Source: Pocillopora damicornis (taxonomy: Eukaryota). Taken from it: a stretch of DNA of 64,000 nucleotides. The notes under the pieces were generated by a model. It did no database searches, was not told the origin of the DNA, and was given only the letters and a program-made list of their open reading frames with translations. Made by a program: the position numbers and the translations under genes. Below are positions 37,843 through 58,800 of the stretch, in pieces (the first letter of the stretch is position 1; each line of letters begins with the position of its first letter). Location: positions 558,001 to 622,000 of the forward strand of contig NW_020846475.1 of assembly GCF_003704095.1 (NCBI RefSeq), written 5' to 3'.

Positions 37843-38036
37843 TTAAAAACAACAGTCTATACAGGAGGCTCACGGGACTCTCTACTTAACACCAATCATG
37901 ACTTGGATTGCTTGTTTTAACCTTGAGTTCTCGTGAACTCTTCAGGATATCTTCGTTCTCTCTGATCGCCCTTTGTAAATACTTGAACACAGTACTTTGG
38001 TTTTGTTTTTATGACACTCAATGGAGAAGCGCTCTA
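37678..38036. mobile_element. TA-flanked MITE-like element overlapping the nucleotidase stop codon, containing (AAT)n
   Basis: Imperfect terminal inverted repeats TAGGGCAATTTTCAACTGAGTGTCGAAA / TTTATGACACTCAATGGAGAAGCGCTCTA. Related fragments at ~36955-37170 and ~51030-51290. Confidence 0.6.
37771..37840. repeat. (AAT)n microsatellite
   Basis: About 20 or more AAT units. Confidence 0.95.
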
Positions 38037-38937
38037 AACGTGTTCAACTGAGCCCAGATAACTGGTTATATGAACGTTTGTTTCACAAACGTAAGAATAC
38101 TTCTTATCTCAATTTTCAGTTGAACTTGTATCGATTATAAGTAGTAATAAGCTAGTTTGTTTATCACTGAAGATGTCACATGTAGTTTGTGATGGTAAAC
38201 TTTTAATTGCAGTTGTAAATGCATCCTATAAAGTAAAAGTCAACTTGCGAGCATTTGAAAAGTACACCCACGCTTCTGTTTCAGAGATAAACGAACAAAA
38301 CCTCTTTAGTTTCTTCAATAGAACAGTTTAACACTCTTACTGATTGGTAAGAACAGTGACAGCTCATCTAGGGTTTCTTTAACAGAAAAATCCAAGTTTT
38401 ACCACAAGGAAGGTGTGCAGCCTTTCCCTTAACATCAGGAAATGTCGTTTGTACAGTATGAATTGACTAGGAACAACCTAGCAGCAGAGCGCGCTAACAT
38501 CACAGAAAGATTCTGATCTAAACTCCGAATTTTTCCGATAGCTATAACACCAACTGTAAACAGCCTGCGTGTGGTATTAGCGACTCCTTTGCCGTAGAGC
38601 TTCCCCTGTCAAAAAACCATGTAGCTTCAGTCCATAAGACGCCGTTTTCCATAAAAGTGATTGTAATTTTACTAACATGACTCAGATTATTCTCACCGTT
38701 GATGTGGAGGTTGTTGAAAGAGAAGAAATTTACAGTGTAAACAACCTCACTAGATCTCACCGCCTAAGTGTTTCCTAAATGAAGAAAGAACTGGGTTCGC
38801 TAATTAGGGTAGTAAAGGCCTCCTCTACAAGACTATTTTGAGAAACTTTGCTTCTGATAAGGATAGTTTAACAGTACAAGGCTAAAAGGATTTTCACAGA
38901 TGATATTTTAACTGATAGGCTATTTTCTCAAGAACTT

Positions 38938-47894
<8,957 letters not shown>

Positions 47895-47949
47895 TGCATG
47901 AAGTGAAAACAAATTTTCCCTCGTGGCGAACACAAGCTGACAATCGGAA

Positions 47950-48010
47950 CAAAATGGCGTGCGTATTCCCCGCCAAATTCTCGTGTCACATGATTTGAAT
48001 AGACCAATCA
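47950..48010. promoter_or_regulatory. RBBP4 proximal promoter with E2F-like, CHR-like, CCAAT and YY1-like motifs
   Basis: AAAATGGCG at 47951, TTCCCCGCCAAA at 47966, GTCACATGA at 47985, TTTGAA at 47994, CCAAT at 48004; CpG-rich. Confidence 0.5.
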
Positions 48011-49098
48011 CATATCGCTGGTGATGGCAACCGCTGTCGCAGCCAAGGTTTGGGACTCAGGCCTTTTCGAGGGTCACGCAACGACTTAGAAAATTATGAA
48101 TGGAATTCGCGAAAATATGTTGTTTTCTGGCTTAGAAGTTATGGGTTGGAATGTATTACCCACTATTCTGCAGCGATGGTGATAGTGTGGTGGATAGCGA
48201 TAAGCATCATAATTTTCAAAAGACCATTCGTGATTATTTTTTCAGATACCGGAAACGAGGTTCAGTCGGGGTAGACGCTGTTACCTGATTTGAGTAAGGA
48301 ATATCCAAGCTGATCGATTTTAAAATTCGTGATTAGAATATTAGCTGTGTGAGATCTTAGAAATTTGACGATGTCTCTCACTTTTTTTACGGTCTGACCG
48401 GTTGACCTTTTCAGCAAATAGGCTTTCAAAGCTACATACTTCAAATGTATACCAAACCTCGAATGTCACTCACTTGAAAGAATTGATTCCCTCGGAATCT
48501 GCTTACAGGTACATGATAAACTGACACATGTGATTGGACGAGATGCCTAAGGCACCTTTTTTTTAGGGAAACTGAATTAGTTGTCACTTTTATCAGAGCA
48601 TATTCTTATATGGCTTACAAACATCTGAGTTTGTTAAACTTTCAAGCTTTGTGGGCGTGTAACAGAGAACACAACACATCATCATCTCGGTTGGTAAAAG
48701 ATCTAACAAGATTTCTACAAGGGTTTTTATGTATTTAGTAATTATTCTCAATTTTTCCTTTTTTTTTTAAAGTTTGGCCCCTTTACGAGGAATTATAGAA
48801 ATAAACTGAAAAAGCGAGGAATAAGGAGAAATCTAAGTAGCCATAAGCGAGAATTTGCAAACTATTTTTTATTTCTATGCGACAGTACGAAATTATTTGA
48901 TATCCTCTTAGTCGTTTTAAGTACGTTTTAACGTTATTGAAAAGTTAATGATTCAAACTGACTATTTTTAAGACCTGAAACTAGCAAATAATTTTCTTAA
49001 CATCCATGGATTCATGAGTTTTTGCATGGGTTATAGCGTATGATCGTATGCATGTCTTTCACTTCTTGAATCACCTCTCTTTCAGGTCTTTCCAAAAA

Positions 49099-52000
49099 AT
49101 GTGGCTTCTTTGTCTTTTTTGTTCAGTAATCCTCCTGTTCGCAGTTGAAACAGGTAATTTGGTATTTGTTAGAAAGACAGTCGAGCCGTCCCACACACCA
49201 TGCGTTCACTGCTTTTCGGCCGTGCTTTTGCAGTTATCAAATAAACGACTGATATAAATTGTTCATGAAACAAAACTGATCGGTGAAGGTAGCAAAGGAT
49301 TTATAGTCATTCATAAGTTGTTTTTTCGTTTACTTTGGTTTTTAAATATTTTCATTTAAAGCCGAGGGCACTAGAGGAAACCCTTAACTCTCCACGTTGC
49401 AGTGTTAAGGAAGTTCTGATAAGGGAACCATCTTAATCGTTCCACATCAAAAACTATTTTGTTTCAAAATCCAGTCACGAGGCTCTGCATAAGTTTATTA
49501 TTTTTTTGTAAGTTTTTTTTTTGATGATCTGTTGTCTGTTAAATTCTCCCTGATTGGTTGAGACCCTCATTCAAGTACCCGAATCTCGAATCCCAAATTG
49601 TGGCCCTGATGTATATATCTCTACGGCGTACAAAACAGAAGTCAGTAGGTGCGTGTGTATATGTTTTAAAGGTGTTTGAGACTTTCGGTAGTGCACGAGG
49701 GAAGAGGTATTTTTTGCGCGCTTGTGCTTGCTTGTGCTCACCAACGCTTGATGAAAAACGCAAAAAAGCCATATTCCTGTTTGAATTTAGACACTACCGC
49801 CACTTCCTCTGTTGAGCCATTGTGTCTTGCATCAGCGGAGTCCACCCGAAGTGGTCTTGCCACCATCCTGGATAAAGTGAAACGTGTCTACTTCCAACAG
49901 CTTCACCCAGAGACGATTCACGAGATGAGTCCGAAATCACCCGAAAATATCCGAAAGTATTTTCAGCCTTACGATCCCAGCCCAAATGCTATCAAGGGAA
50001 GAACTGATGAAGCCATGAAGTTATATCGAGAGCTAAAGGCTTTAAAAATCAATAAAAAGTTGTTGAAGCTGAGAGAGCGTAAGGCTGTTCATATGGCCAG
50101 TGCCATTTTGTTGAATAACTACGGCTGGAATCCATACAACCAGGACTACTACGCTGGGGAATGGCTTTCAGGACCAAACCTGCTCTGCTGGGAGCCTGTT
50201 TGTAGCGTGTTTCCAAACCTAAATGGCGTTTTGCCTCATTTCAAACCAAAAAATGTGGCCGATTTAGAAACATTGAAGGGACTTATCGAAAAATACAGTC
50301 TAATATTTGACAGGTACGTGGAGAATTGGAAACTTGGAGTCCGCACAGGATATGTAAGAACCTACAAAGCATGTAAAGTGGGTGTACATGTTCTCAAGAA
50401 CCAAAAATATAAAGGAATGGAAACAGAGCAAGGTTTGTATCGGCTCACTACTTTGTATCACCGAAACCACTGAAACAAATAATGCTGCGCCCGATTACTA
50501 ATTCTAGTTTAGAAGATAAGTCGTGACTACCCTTTGAGTCAGACTGGCACTGTCCATTTTATATTTTACATTTATAGGTAAAAAAGTACCCTTCTAAAAT
50601 GATGATAATAAAAATGCTTCCTTTTTTCATATGCCCTCAGTCAGTAGATCTAACTAAACGCTTTAGTTTATATTACTGCTCAGGAATTCTCTTCGGGGAA
50701 TTGGTGTAAATTTCGCAAAAGAAGTCCGCTGCGTTGAGTAAACAGCAAAAATATCACTTAATGGTTTCCTTTTTCTCCCGCACAAGGAATTTATGATCAG
50801 GAGTTTGCAAAGACTCTTCTGAAACCAGAATTCTTCGAAAGTCTCACAAAGGCCATGAAGGATACTTGGACGGCAAAGTACCAGAACACTGTAGAGGAAT
50901 ACTTCAAGCAGTCTATACTGCAGAACATCGGAATACCTGTTACTCGTATGATAAGGTAAAGGTTAAGGAACTATATACGGATCTTCCGGCCCTAGGCCAT
51001 GCACACAACTTCCTTGAAAACTTTAATTTGTTCTGTTATGCTGCTGCGCTCTGCTCTATACTCTTTCTATTCTCCTCATTCAGAGCACATGTCTCAATCC
51101 ATCTATTGCAAAGCTGAAATTAATCGCGACTTGGTTACTCGTGTTTTTCTCGTCTTTCGGGCAGTTCGGTTGTTCAGTCGTCGCCATTAGCTCCTTGGTA
51201 TAATTTCCCTTGTCCTGATTGGCTATTGTACCAAGTTACCTTTTCAGTTTTGTCTTTAAAAGACTCGCATGAAATTCCCTCCCGGGGCTAAAATATGGTA
51301 TATTTCATCCACTTGTGATCAACGATGTTAAATAGACACATTTCGCTGTGTTTCTAATTTCGCGATAGTTACCTTGAGAATGAATACTTATGTAACTGCC
51401 CCAATCAAGAGGAAGTGTTGAGTGGCTTGGGTAAACTTCCACTCCGTTACTTCATAAAGAAAGAGACTCTTCAAAAACTTCCCAACGGGCAGAGACTCAG
51501 CGGAGCCAGGACGTATCAGAGGCTCATGAGGTTCTTTACTACAATGGACGTTTCTCCGGCGCAGCTCAGGACTAAAGCTGTAGGGAGGCTATCCGAGCTG
51601 TATAGAAAGGTATGAAGGAAACGGGGCGGAAGGGGAGAGAGGAGTGGGACATATCTGAACAGACAAGCTGACGGACAGACTGGCTGATTGACACACAGAT
51701 GACTAAAAGCCTGACAAAGTGACAAACTGTAAGAATGACAGACCGATAGCCCGTAAAAGTCATAGACTGAAAGAATGAAAGACTGACAGTCTTACGGGTT
51801 GACAAAATGATGGATTGATACACTAAGCAAAATGACAAAATAATAGGAGGGCAGACCAACAGACCGAAGGACTGACTACTTGACTGACCGACAGATCGAC
51901 AAACTTGTAAATGGTCAACAGACTGTCGAACTCAAAGACTGACAGAATGTCAGATAGACAAACTCGAGAATTCACAGACAGACAAACCATCAGACCGACA

Positions 52001-54465
52001 TACTAACAAAACGACTCCGTGGCTGACAAAATGACAGATTGACAGTTTAAAATTTCATACTGGCAGACCGATGGATTGAAAACCAGATTGATCAACAATG
52101 TTAAACGGACACATTCATATATCAGATTTTATACATTGACAGCACTTACTAAACGGCCAATGATAATTACTTGTCTCAGTAATTAATGACTCCGTACCTG
52201 ACTGATTGCGGCTATTTTCGTTCTTTCTGCAGGTTGTCATTCTTGCGAAGTTGTACACCAAGGAACAGAATAAGAATACCGCTATCAACAAGTTAAAAAA
52301 AGTGTTGCGGAATCGTGATCAGTGGTTCAACAACCAGCCGTTTCCTAGCAGCGAGAGTGGTGAGGACGCCTTCGTTATGTGCCACGACACGGCGAGTGCG
52401 CAGGTTCATTGCCCCGAGAGATGGAAAGCCTTGCAATCGTGAATTAAAAATACTAACAGAGTGCGTAAAGCAACTGTTTATTTACCATTTGACGGCTTAA
52501 GACGTGTCTATTAACCAAGAAATTTTCATTTTTGTACGCCTGCGAAAATTTTGTAAACATGATACTGAAAGGTCAGGGGTCCTGTGGAAGATGATATTTG
52601 AACCGTGCAATTTCTGGTGCACACACTACTTAATTTAACTCGAAAATATAATTTGCACGTTATTTAGGAACTGAAGACTTTCCTCCAAAAGTCGCTAAAT
52701 GCGTCAGGTGTCAATAATTATTTATTCTTATTTATTAACCATTAAAATGAAAGGTACGTTGGCTCTCTCCGAGTCTGAGTCACCTGTTTCATTTAAAGAG
52801 ACAAGACGCGATAAAATCAAATTCACATTTTGTTTGACTGGATACACTAATACTTTAACAGAACAGTTCTTTACTTTCACCTTGTAATAATCATTGCTAT
52901 TGTAGGTCATGAAAACAAAAGTAAAGCCAGTCATTGACACACTCTTTTATAGTAGTGGTCGTAAGAAAACCGTCCCTGCCTGTTCCTTGGAGGTCACAGC
53001 AGATTTCCATCCTTTTGTCAGCTATCATGCCTACGGGGTCGGATCCAAGGATTGCACATCAAAGAGCACACAATATCTGCCATTTTTCATGGACAAGTTT
53101 GGTCCAAAATGGACGGAATATACCACAACAGCTCACGAACAACTTCCTGGACACCAACTGGAGGTTGGTGAAGTTCAGTTGGTGATTTGAGTAAATCTTT
53201 CAACAAAGTCTCTACCTTTTCTCTTTTAGAAAGATAAGATACACGACATGCCAAATTATTCTGTCCAGGTAAAATGTTTTTGACTAGACGCATACCTGAG
53301 TGTACTCAGGCGCTGGTAATGGTGAAATCTAGGCGCCGTTTTCATAGTAAACTACATTTGTTTCTTGTCTAAATTTTATTTGCATGCTTTTTTTTTTTTT
53401 TTTTTCAAAATTGAGATAAAACAAAACATCTGTTTGAAGAGGAAAGAGATGACTGATATCAACATTGATCTCAACTACCTAAAATCGATAGGTTCAGAGC
53501 TATGTCGAGTATTTTGAAGACAGCTGCGAAGATGCCATTCATTGGCTGGGAGCCTTCAACTACTTCCCAGGATTCACCGAAGGGTGGACAACTTACATTG
53601 AGTACGAGCTGCTGCCTCAAGACTCCAATCTTTATTCAGATACTTCAGACAAGGAGGTGTTGCTACAGAAGTACGGCATGATCTACTACCAGGTAATTAT
53701 GAAAACCCAGAAAGAGAGGTTCATAAATGAAGGGAGCTAAGCAAGATTCAGCAAAGTTGTGCCTCTAAGTTTGGAGGACTCTGAAGTCAGTCTTCCTGAG
53801 AAATATTGAAAACTTTGAATTGAGAAGGTGAATCCGAGCCATGTCATGAGTCCATGCGCTCTATTTGTTGAGGTTAAGAGATCAGCTTATTTCCCTACCA
53901 TGGTTTCAGACATATCTTTGAGAGAGATATCTTTGCTCATTCGTTAAGTTCCCATGCTCTATTCAAGAACTCTCTTACTCCGTCAAGAACTCCCTTAATC
54001 TGGCCCGGCGTACTAACTCGAACATCTTAAGACGGGAAATATTCTATTTACATTCCGTTAAAAAAAAAAAGTTTATGGGGCGTTTCTTTCGTTTGTCAAC
54101 AGATTTTAGCCGCCCTTCGCATTATTGTTGACATCGATCTAAACTATTACGACAAGACAACTTCTGATGCGCTGTATCTGTACAAGCTGTACGCCTGGGA
54201 AGACAATACAGACCTAGCACAAAAAGATATCTTGAGATCACAAGCCCTACCAGGATTTGTAGCCAGCTATGTGTTTGGTCAAATGGAAATCTCCCGTGTC
54301 AGGGGCATGGCCGAGAGAGGACTGGGGCGAGATTTCAACTTGAAAGATTTTCATTACGAGGTGTTACGCCTGGGAGAATATCCCTTAGGGTACTTAGAGG
54401 AACACATACGGGCCTATATTGCTTGTAAGAAAAACCCCGATCGCGATGAATGTAAAGAGTTTTAG
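49099..54465 (+). pseudogene. DUF885-family secreted putative metallopeptidase, copy A; one in-frame TGA (52440-52442), so pseudogene or null allele unless a sequencing error
   Basis: Exons 49099-49153 (signal peptide MWLLCLFCSVILLFA), 49791-50432, 50787-50955, 51369-51609, 52233-52460, 52906-53163, 53492-53692, 54103-54465. DUF885 motifs TAHEQLPGHQLE, FTEGWTTYIE, IVDIDL, PGFVASYVFGQMEI..R..AERGLGRDFNLKDFHYEVLRLGEYPL. Confidence 0.8.
51650..52110. repeat. Degenerate (GACA/GACT)n low-complexity repeat in an intron
   Basis: Dense GACAGA/GACTGAC units. Confidence 0.7.
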
Positions 54466-55898
54466 AAGACTAAGTTTGTAGTCTAATCTATGGATATTGT
54501 GTTCAAAGCGCAGTTCTGATTGAATGGGAATAAACAGCTAAAGGGCCTCATTAGGTCACGTTTCAATTTATTAAAGGCCTCTGACTAAACTAATTTAATT
54601 CGTCATTATCTTTGGGGGTTCAGAGTCACTGAGTAATTCCAGAAAACCTTTGATAATCTTCTACTTTTTGGAAACATACGGTTATTCCCCCAAGCTTACT
54701 GAAGGCCAAGAAACCAACATACCCCTGCCTTGAGGCACTGGCAAAAAAAGGTTCGCACTATTTTCTGTGCTGAATTAAATTCTCCAGAGAGATAATTCTT
54801 TTGTTAATTTTGAGACAGTACAAAACATGATACTGGGAGAAAAAAAAAATTTCAAAGTTTGCGTGAGAAAAAGATTAACACGCCAAATTACAACCTGCGA
54901 ATAATCTGAGTCTTAAAGATTGACATTGGAATTCTCCAACTGTTCAAGGTCTTTAATTTCACACGCACGAATGCATTTTGTCATCTGAAAATGCTCTCAA
55001 GAAGCCTTTTTCCTAGCCAAATCATCCCTCATAAAGTTCTATGAAAGCTGCAAACAATAAAGTCGAAAAAGAAATGAAAATTTGCTGGCTGTAGACATGT
55101 TGTCAGAATATCTTCTGCTCAACGTGAGAATATATTCTTACTAAACATAAACATTTTCCTTTTGATCGACGCCACTTTTCAAATGAAGTTATAAAAATCA
55201 TTGTGAATTTGATTGACAAAGCCGTGATGAATTTTGAGAAATTGAAGTAACGAACTTTTGGAGCCTGGAAGGATCGACATAAATGGTTTCCCACTGAGTA
55301 ACGCGCAGGTGTCAGTTGTTCATATGAATAAAAGATACCAAATATGGCAATTATGGAAATTCTTTCTCGAGTGGGCGAGGTTTGTGACTTCACTTAATCT
55401 TATAATCCACAATAGGCGAAAGAAGAATAAAGTTGACTCCATGGTATCTGGCTGGTGGCAAAGCATATTCTACAGTTGAAATGTTTTGGGACATTTGGAG
55501 CCGCTCGTATTGAAAGGTCAGTACAAGGTAGGGTGCCATTGACTATAATTTTGGTTAAGTAGTTTTTTGCGTCACCTTTTTAAGCATTTAAGTACCGAAT
55601 AAACTATCTCCTTAAGTGCGAATTGTTACACTAAGAACGGACAGTTTCTAAAATCATTCTAGACGTGACTGAAGTTGAGACGTATGGGGTTCATGGGGAA
55701 ATGATGGACAGTAACTGTCAAAAGAACGACGTTTAGTATTGATCCTAAATCAATTGTGATGCGCTTTATTGCAAATCCTGTCACAAGTCTCAGAAATTTT
55801 CATATAATTTTGCAACTTTGTGTAAAAGACATATAAATAGCACTAACCACAATGCTGATGCGTTTCTAATAAATTCGTAATTTTCTTTCAATTTACAG

Positions 55899-58800
55899 AT
55901 GAGGTTGACGATACAGCTTTTTCGCTTCCTTGGCTCAGCGATTCTCCTACTCGCTGTTTTGAAAGGTACAGTTCAACCTTTATTAAGCAGTCACTCTCAG
56001 TAAACAGCCAGATGATCGTTCAATTGCAGCTGCCTGATTAACAGAGGTTCACCATAATTTAAAGGGGCAAAAAGTCATCTCGCAACAAAATTAACAGGAC
56101 AATTTACACATCTTTGCTAAAAATTACAATAACTCGAGATATATCAAAGGTAATGAACAAGGAATGATCGCGCAATAAGCAGACCAGTAATTTTCTCGGT
56201 TGTAATTCAACAAGGTGGCCTTTTAATAGAGGAGAATTACGACAGAATCAAATATTTGTGTTATCCAAAAGGATGACCACTTCAAGGAGAGACCCTTTGA
56301 ATGTATATGGAAAGGATTTTTTTAAACGACCACAGGTCAAAGTTTTAGTTTTTTTATACGGACTTATCACTCAGATGCATTTACCACTTGTTGCAAAGCA
56401 GGTGAACCATTGATGTTAAAGATAATGAATAAGGGCTGACTATAGAAATGAAGGGTGTAACGTGGCAATCGCTATGCTCAGAGAGCATTTTGGCTTAGTT
56501 CCTCTGAGATAATCCTCTTTTATACTAAAAATTCTAAAATATACCTGAATATTTAAAAATAAAAGTGTTTTCACCATGATTGTTTTCTTCCATAGCATCA
56601 TTCGCTCTTCGATTTCCTCCACAAAAAGTACATGACAGCGATGGTAAGGTGACAGTCTTTTTGGACACCTTCTTATGTAATAAACTTTAAATATTCTCAA
56701 AGATGCAAATGAACACTTGGCGTACATGTACGCGGACGAGGATGGCTAGTGATTCCATTGATTATTTTTAACATAGTATCCGCAGTAAAAGCTAGAGTGA
56801 CAGTGTTATGTCGGGAGGAGCCCTGGAAATGGAGTTAAGAATTCTTCCCTCTTTCTGAAATATAAACATCCCGTATAATGCTTGAACGTGTCCTTTAGTA
56901 GCATGTCGTAATGATGTGGGATATTGATCAAATGAAGCCTTTAAGTGCTACTGTGGTTCTTTCTTTATTCACTCCGAGCTTTCGCCGTTCTACGACATCA
57001 TCAGGGAGGACGATAAAATATTTGCGCTATGGTTTTAAACGTTGGAGATGCCACTGTAAATTAGCAGTGATTAATTTAAGATTGTTTACAGTGGCACCTC
57101 CAACGTTTAAAACCATAGCGCAAATATTTTATCGTCCTCTCTGATGATGCCGTAGAACGGCGAAAGCTCGGAGTGAATAAAGAAAGAACCACAGTAGCAC
57201 TTAAAGGCGTCATTTGATCAATATCCCATCCCGTATAATCTTTATTGTTTACTGAAGCTGCTTATATAGTTTTATCAGCATGAATAATTCCATTTCTTGG
57301 ATATACTAACGATGTGATTCTTCTGTTTTCTCCAGAAACTTCTTCAGACGCGTCCTTATGTCAATCATCATCTGAGGCCACGCGCTCCCAACTCACAGAA
57401 TTGTTAGCCGAGATACAACAAACCTTTTTCTATCAGCTTCACCCAGAGCATATTGCCAGGATGGCTGAGGTAACACCCGAACTAATCAGAGAGCATTTCC
57501 AACCCTTCGATCCAAGTCCGGATGCCATTAAACGCAGAACCGACAAGGCCTTAGAACTACGTCGGAGACTCAACACTTTGCAAATCGACACAAAGAAGTT
57601 AAAGCTGAGAGAGCGTAAAGCCATTCATGTGGCTAGTGATGTTCTGTTAGCCCAGGGATGGGATCCGTACGGCATGAATTATTACTCTGGAGATTGGCTT
57701 TTGGGACCGAACTTATTTTGCTGGCAACCTGTTTGTCAGGTGTTCGGAAATTTGAACAGTGTTTTTTCTCACTTTAAACCGGACAATATGGACAAGTTAG
57801 AGAGACTGAAGACCCTTTTCGAGCAGTACCATCAAGTATTTGAAAGATACGTGGAGAACTGGAAACTTGGAGCGCGTTCAGGGTATCTGAGGCCTTTTAA
57901 AGCTTGTAAAGCGGCCGTATTCGCTGTGAAATACAAGAAATATAGAGAAATGGCGATAAATGGTGAATCAGGTTAGTGAAAAGTCACTTCATGATTATCT
58001 TTTATAAGAAAAGCAAACCATTTCCTTATAATGCCAGCGCTAGATCTTTTTCGAAATTACCAATGTTATAAACAAACTAGAATAAATATTGGCTCATAAG
58101 AAACTACTATTTTGACTTTGTGTTCTTTGCGCTGCCACCCCAGCTAAGTAATGTGCCTCTCGTTTCATATGGACTCGTTACAGGTACTGTTGAGCTGACT
58201 AACGAGCAAGTCGTTAAGATTTTCTTTTCCCACAAACCCACAGTCATTGACACAGTTCTTGATTGCACAATCGATTCTTAGTTAGAGAACTGAATCCCTC
58301 TAAAAGTTATCATCCGTCAAGAATTCTGGTTGTTGCACTTCATACTGATCAATCTTCTTTACATTTTCTCCTCTGAAAGGAATATACAAGCAACCGTTTG
58401 CCAACATTCTTTTAAATTCTGGCTTCTTCGCCAGCCTCTCCAAGTCTGTGAACGATACTTGGGAGGAGAAACACCAAGAGAATGTCAAGGAGTTTTTCAA
58501 ACAGTCTCTTGAAAACAACATTGCAAAGCCCGTTGTGAGAATGCTAAGGTACCTGACGACATGTTTTTACGCTTTTTACATATTGGAGACAATTTATAAC
58601 TAATCCGCCATTCTCATGGTTTTTTCATGAAATAAATTTCTTGAAAACCAAGCGAAAATATGAGCCGCAATTTAAGCAACTGACAGAAAAGAGGCCTGAA
58701 AAAAATTCAGGCTCCGACGGGATTTGAGCCCGTACTTCCCAGGTACTAGCTGGGGAACTTCTACAACTGAGCTACAAAGCCATACAGATTCCTTTACGGC

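Noticed and set aside
52440-52442. Selenocysteine codon in DUF885-A
   Set aside because: The paralogue has Trp, not Cys, at this position, and no SECIS was recognisable in the 3' region.
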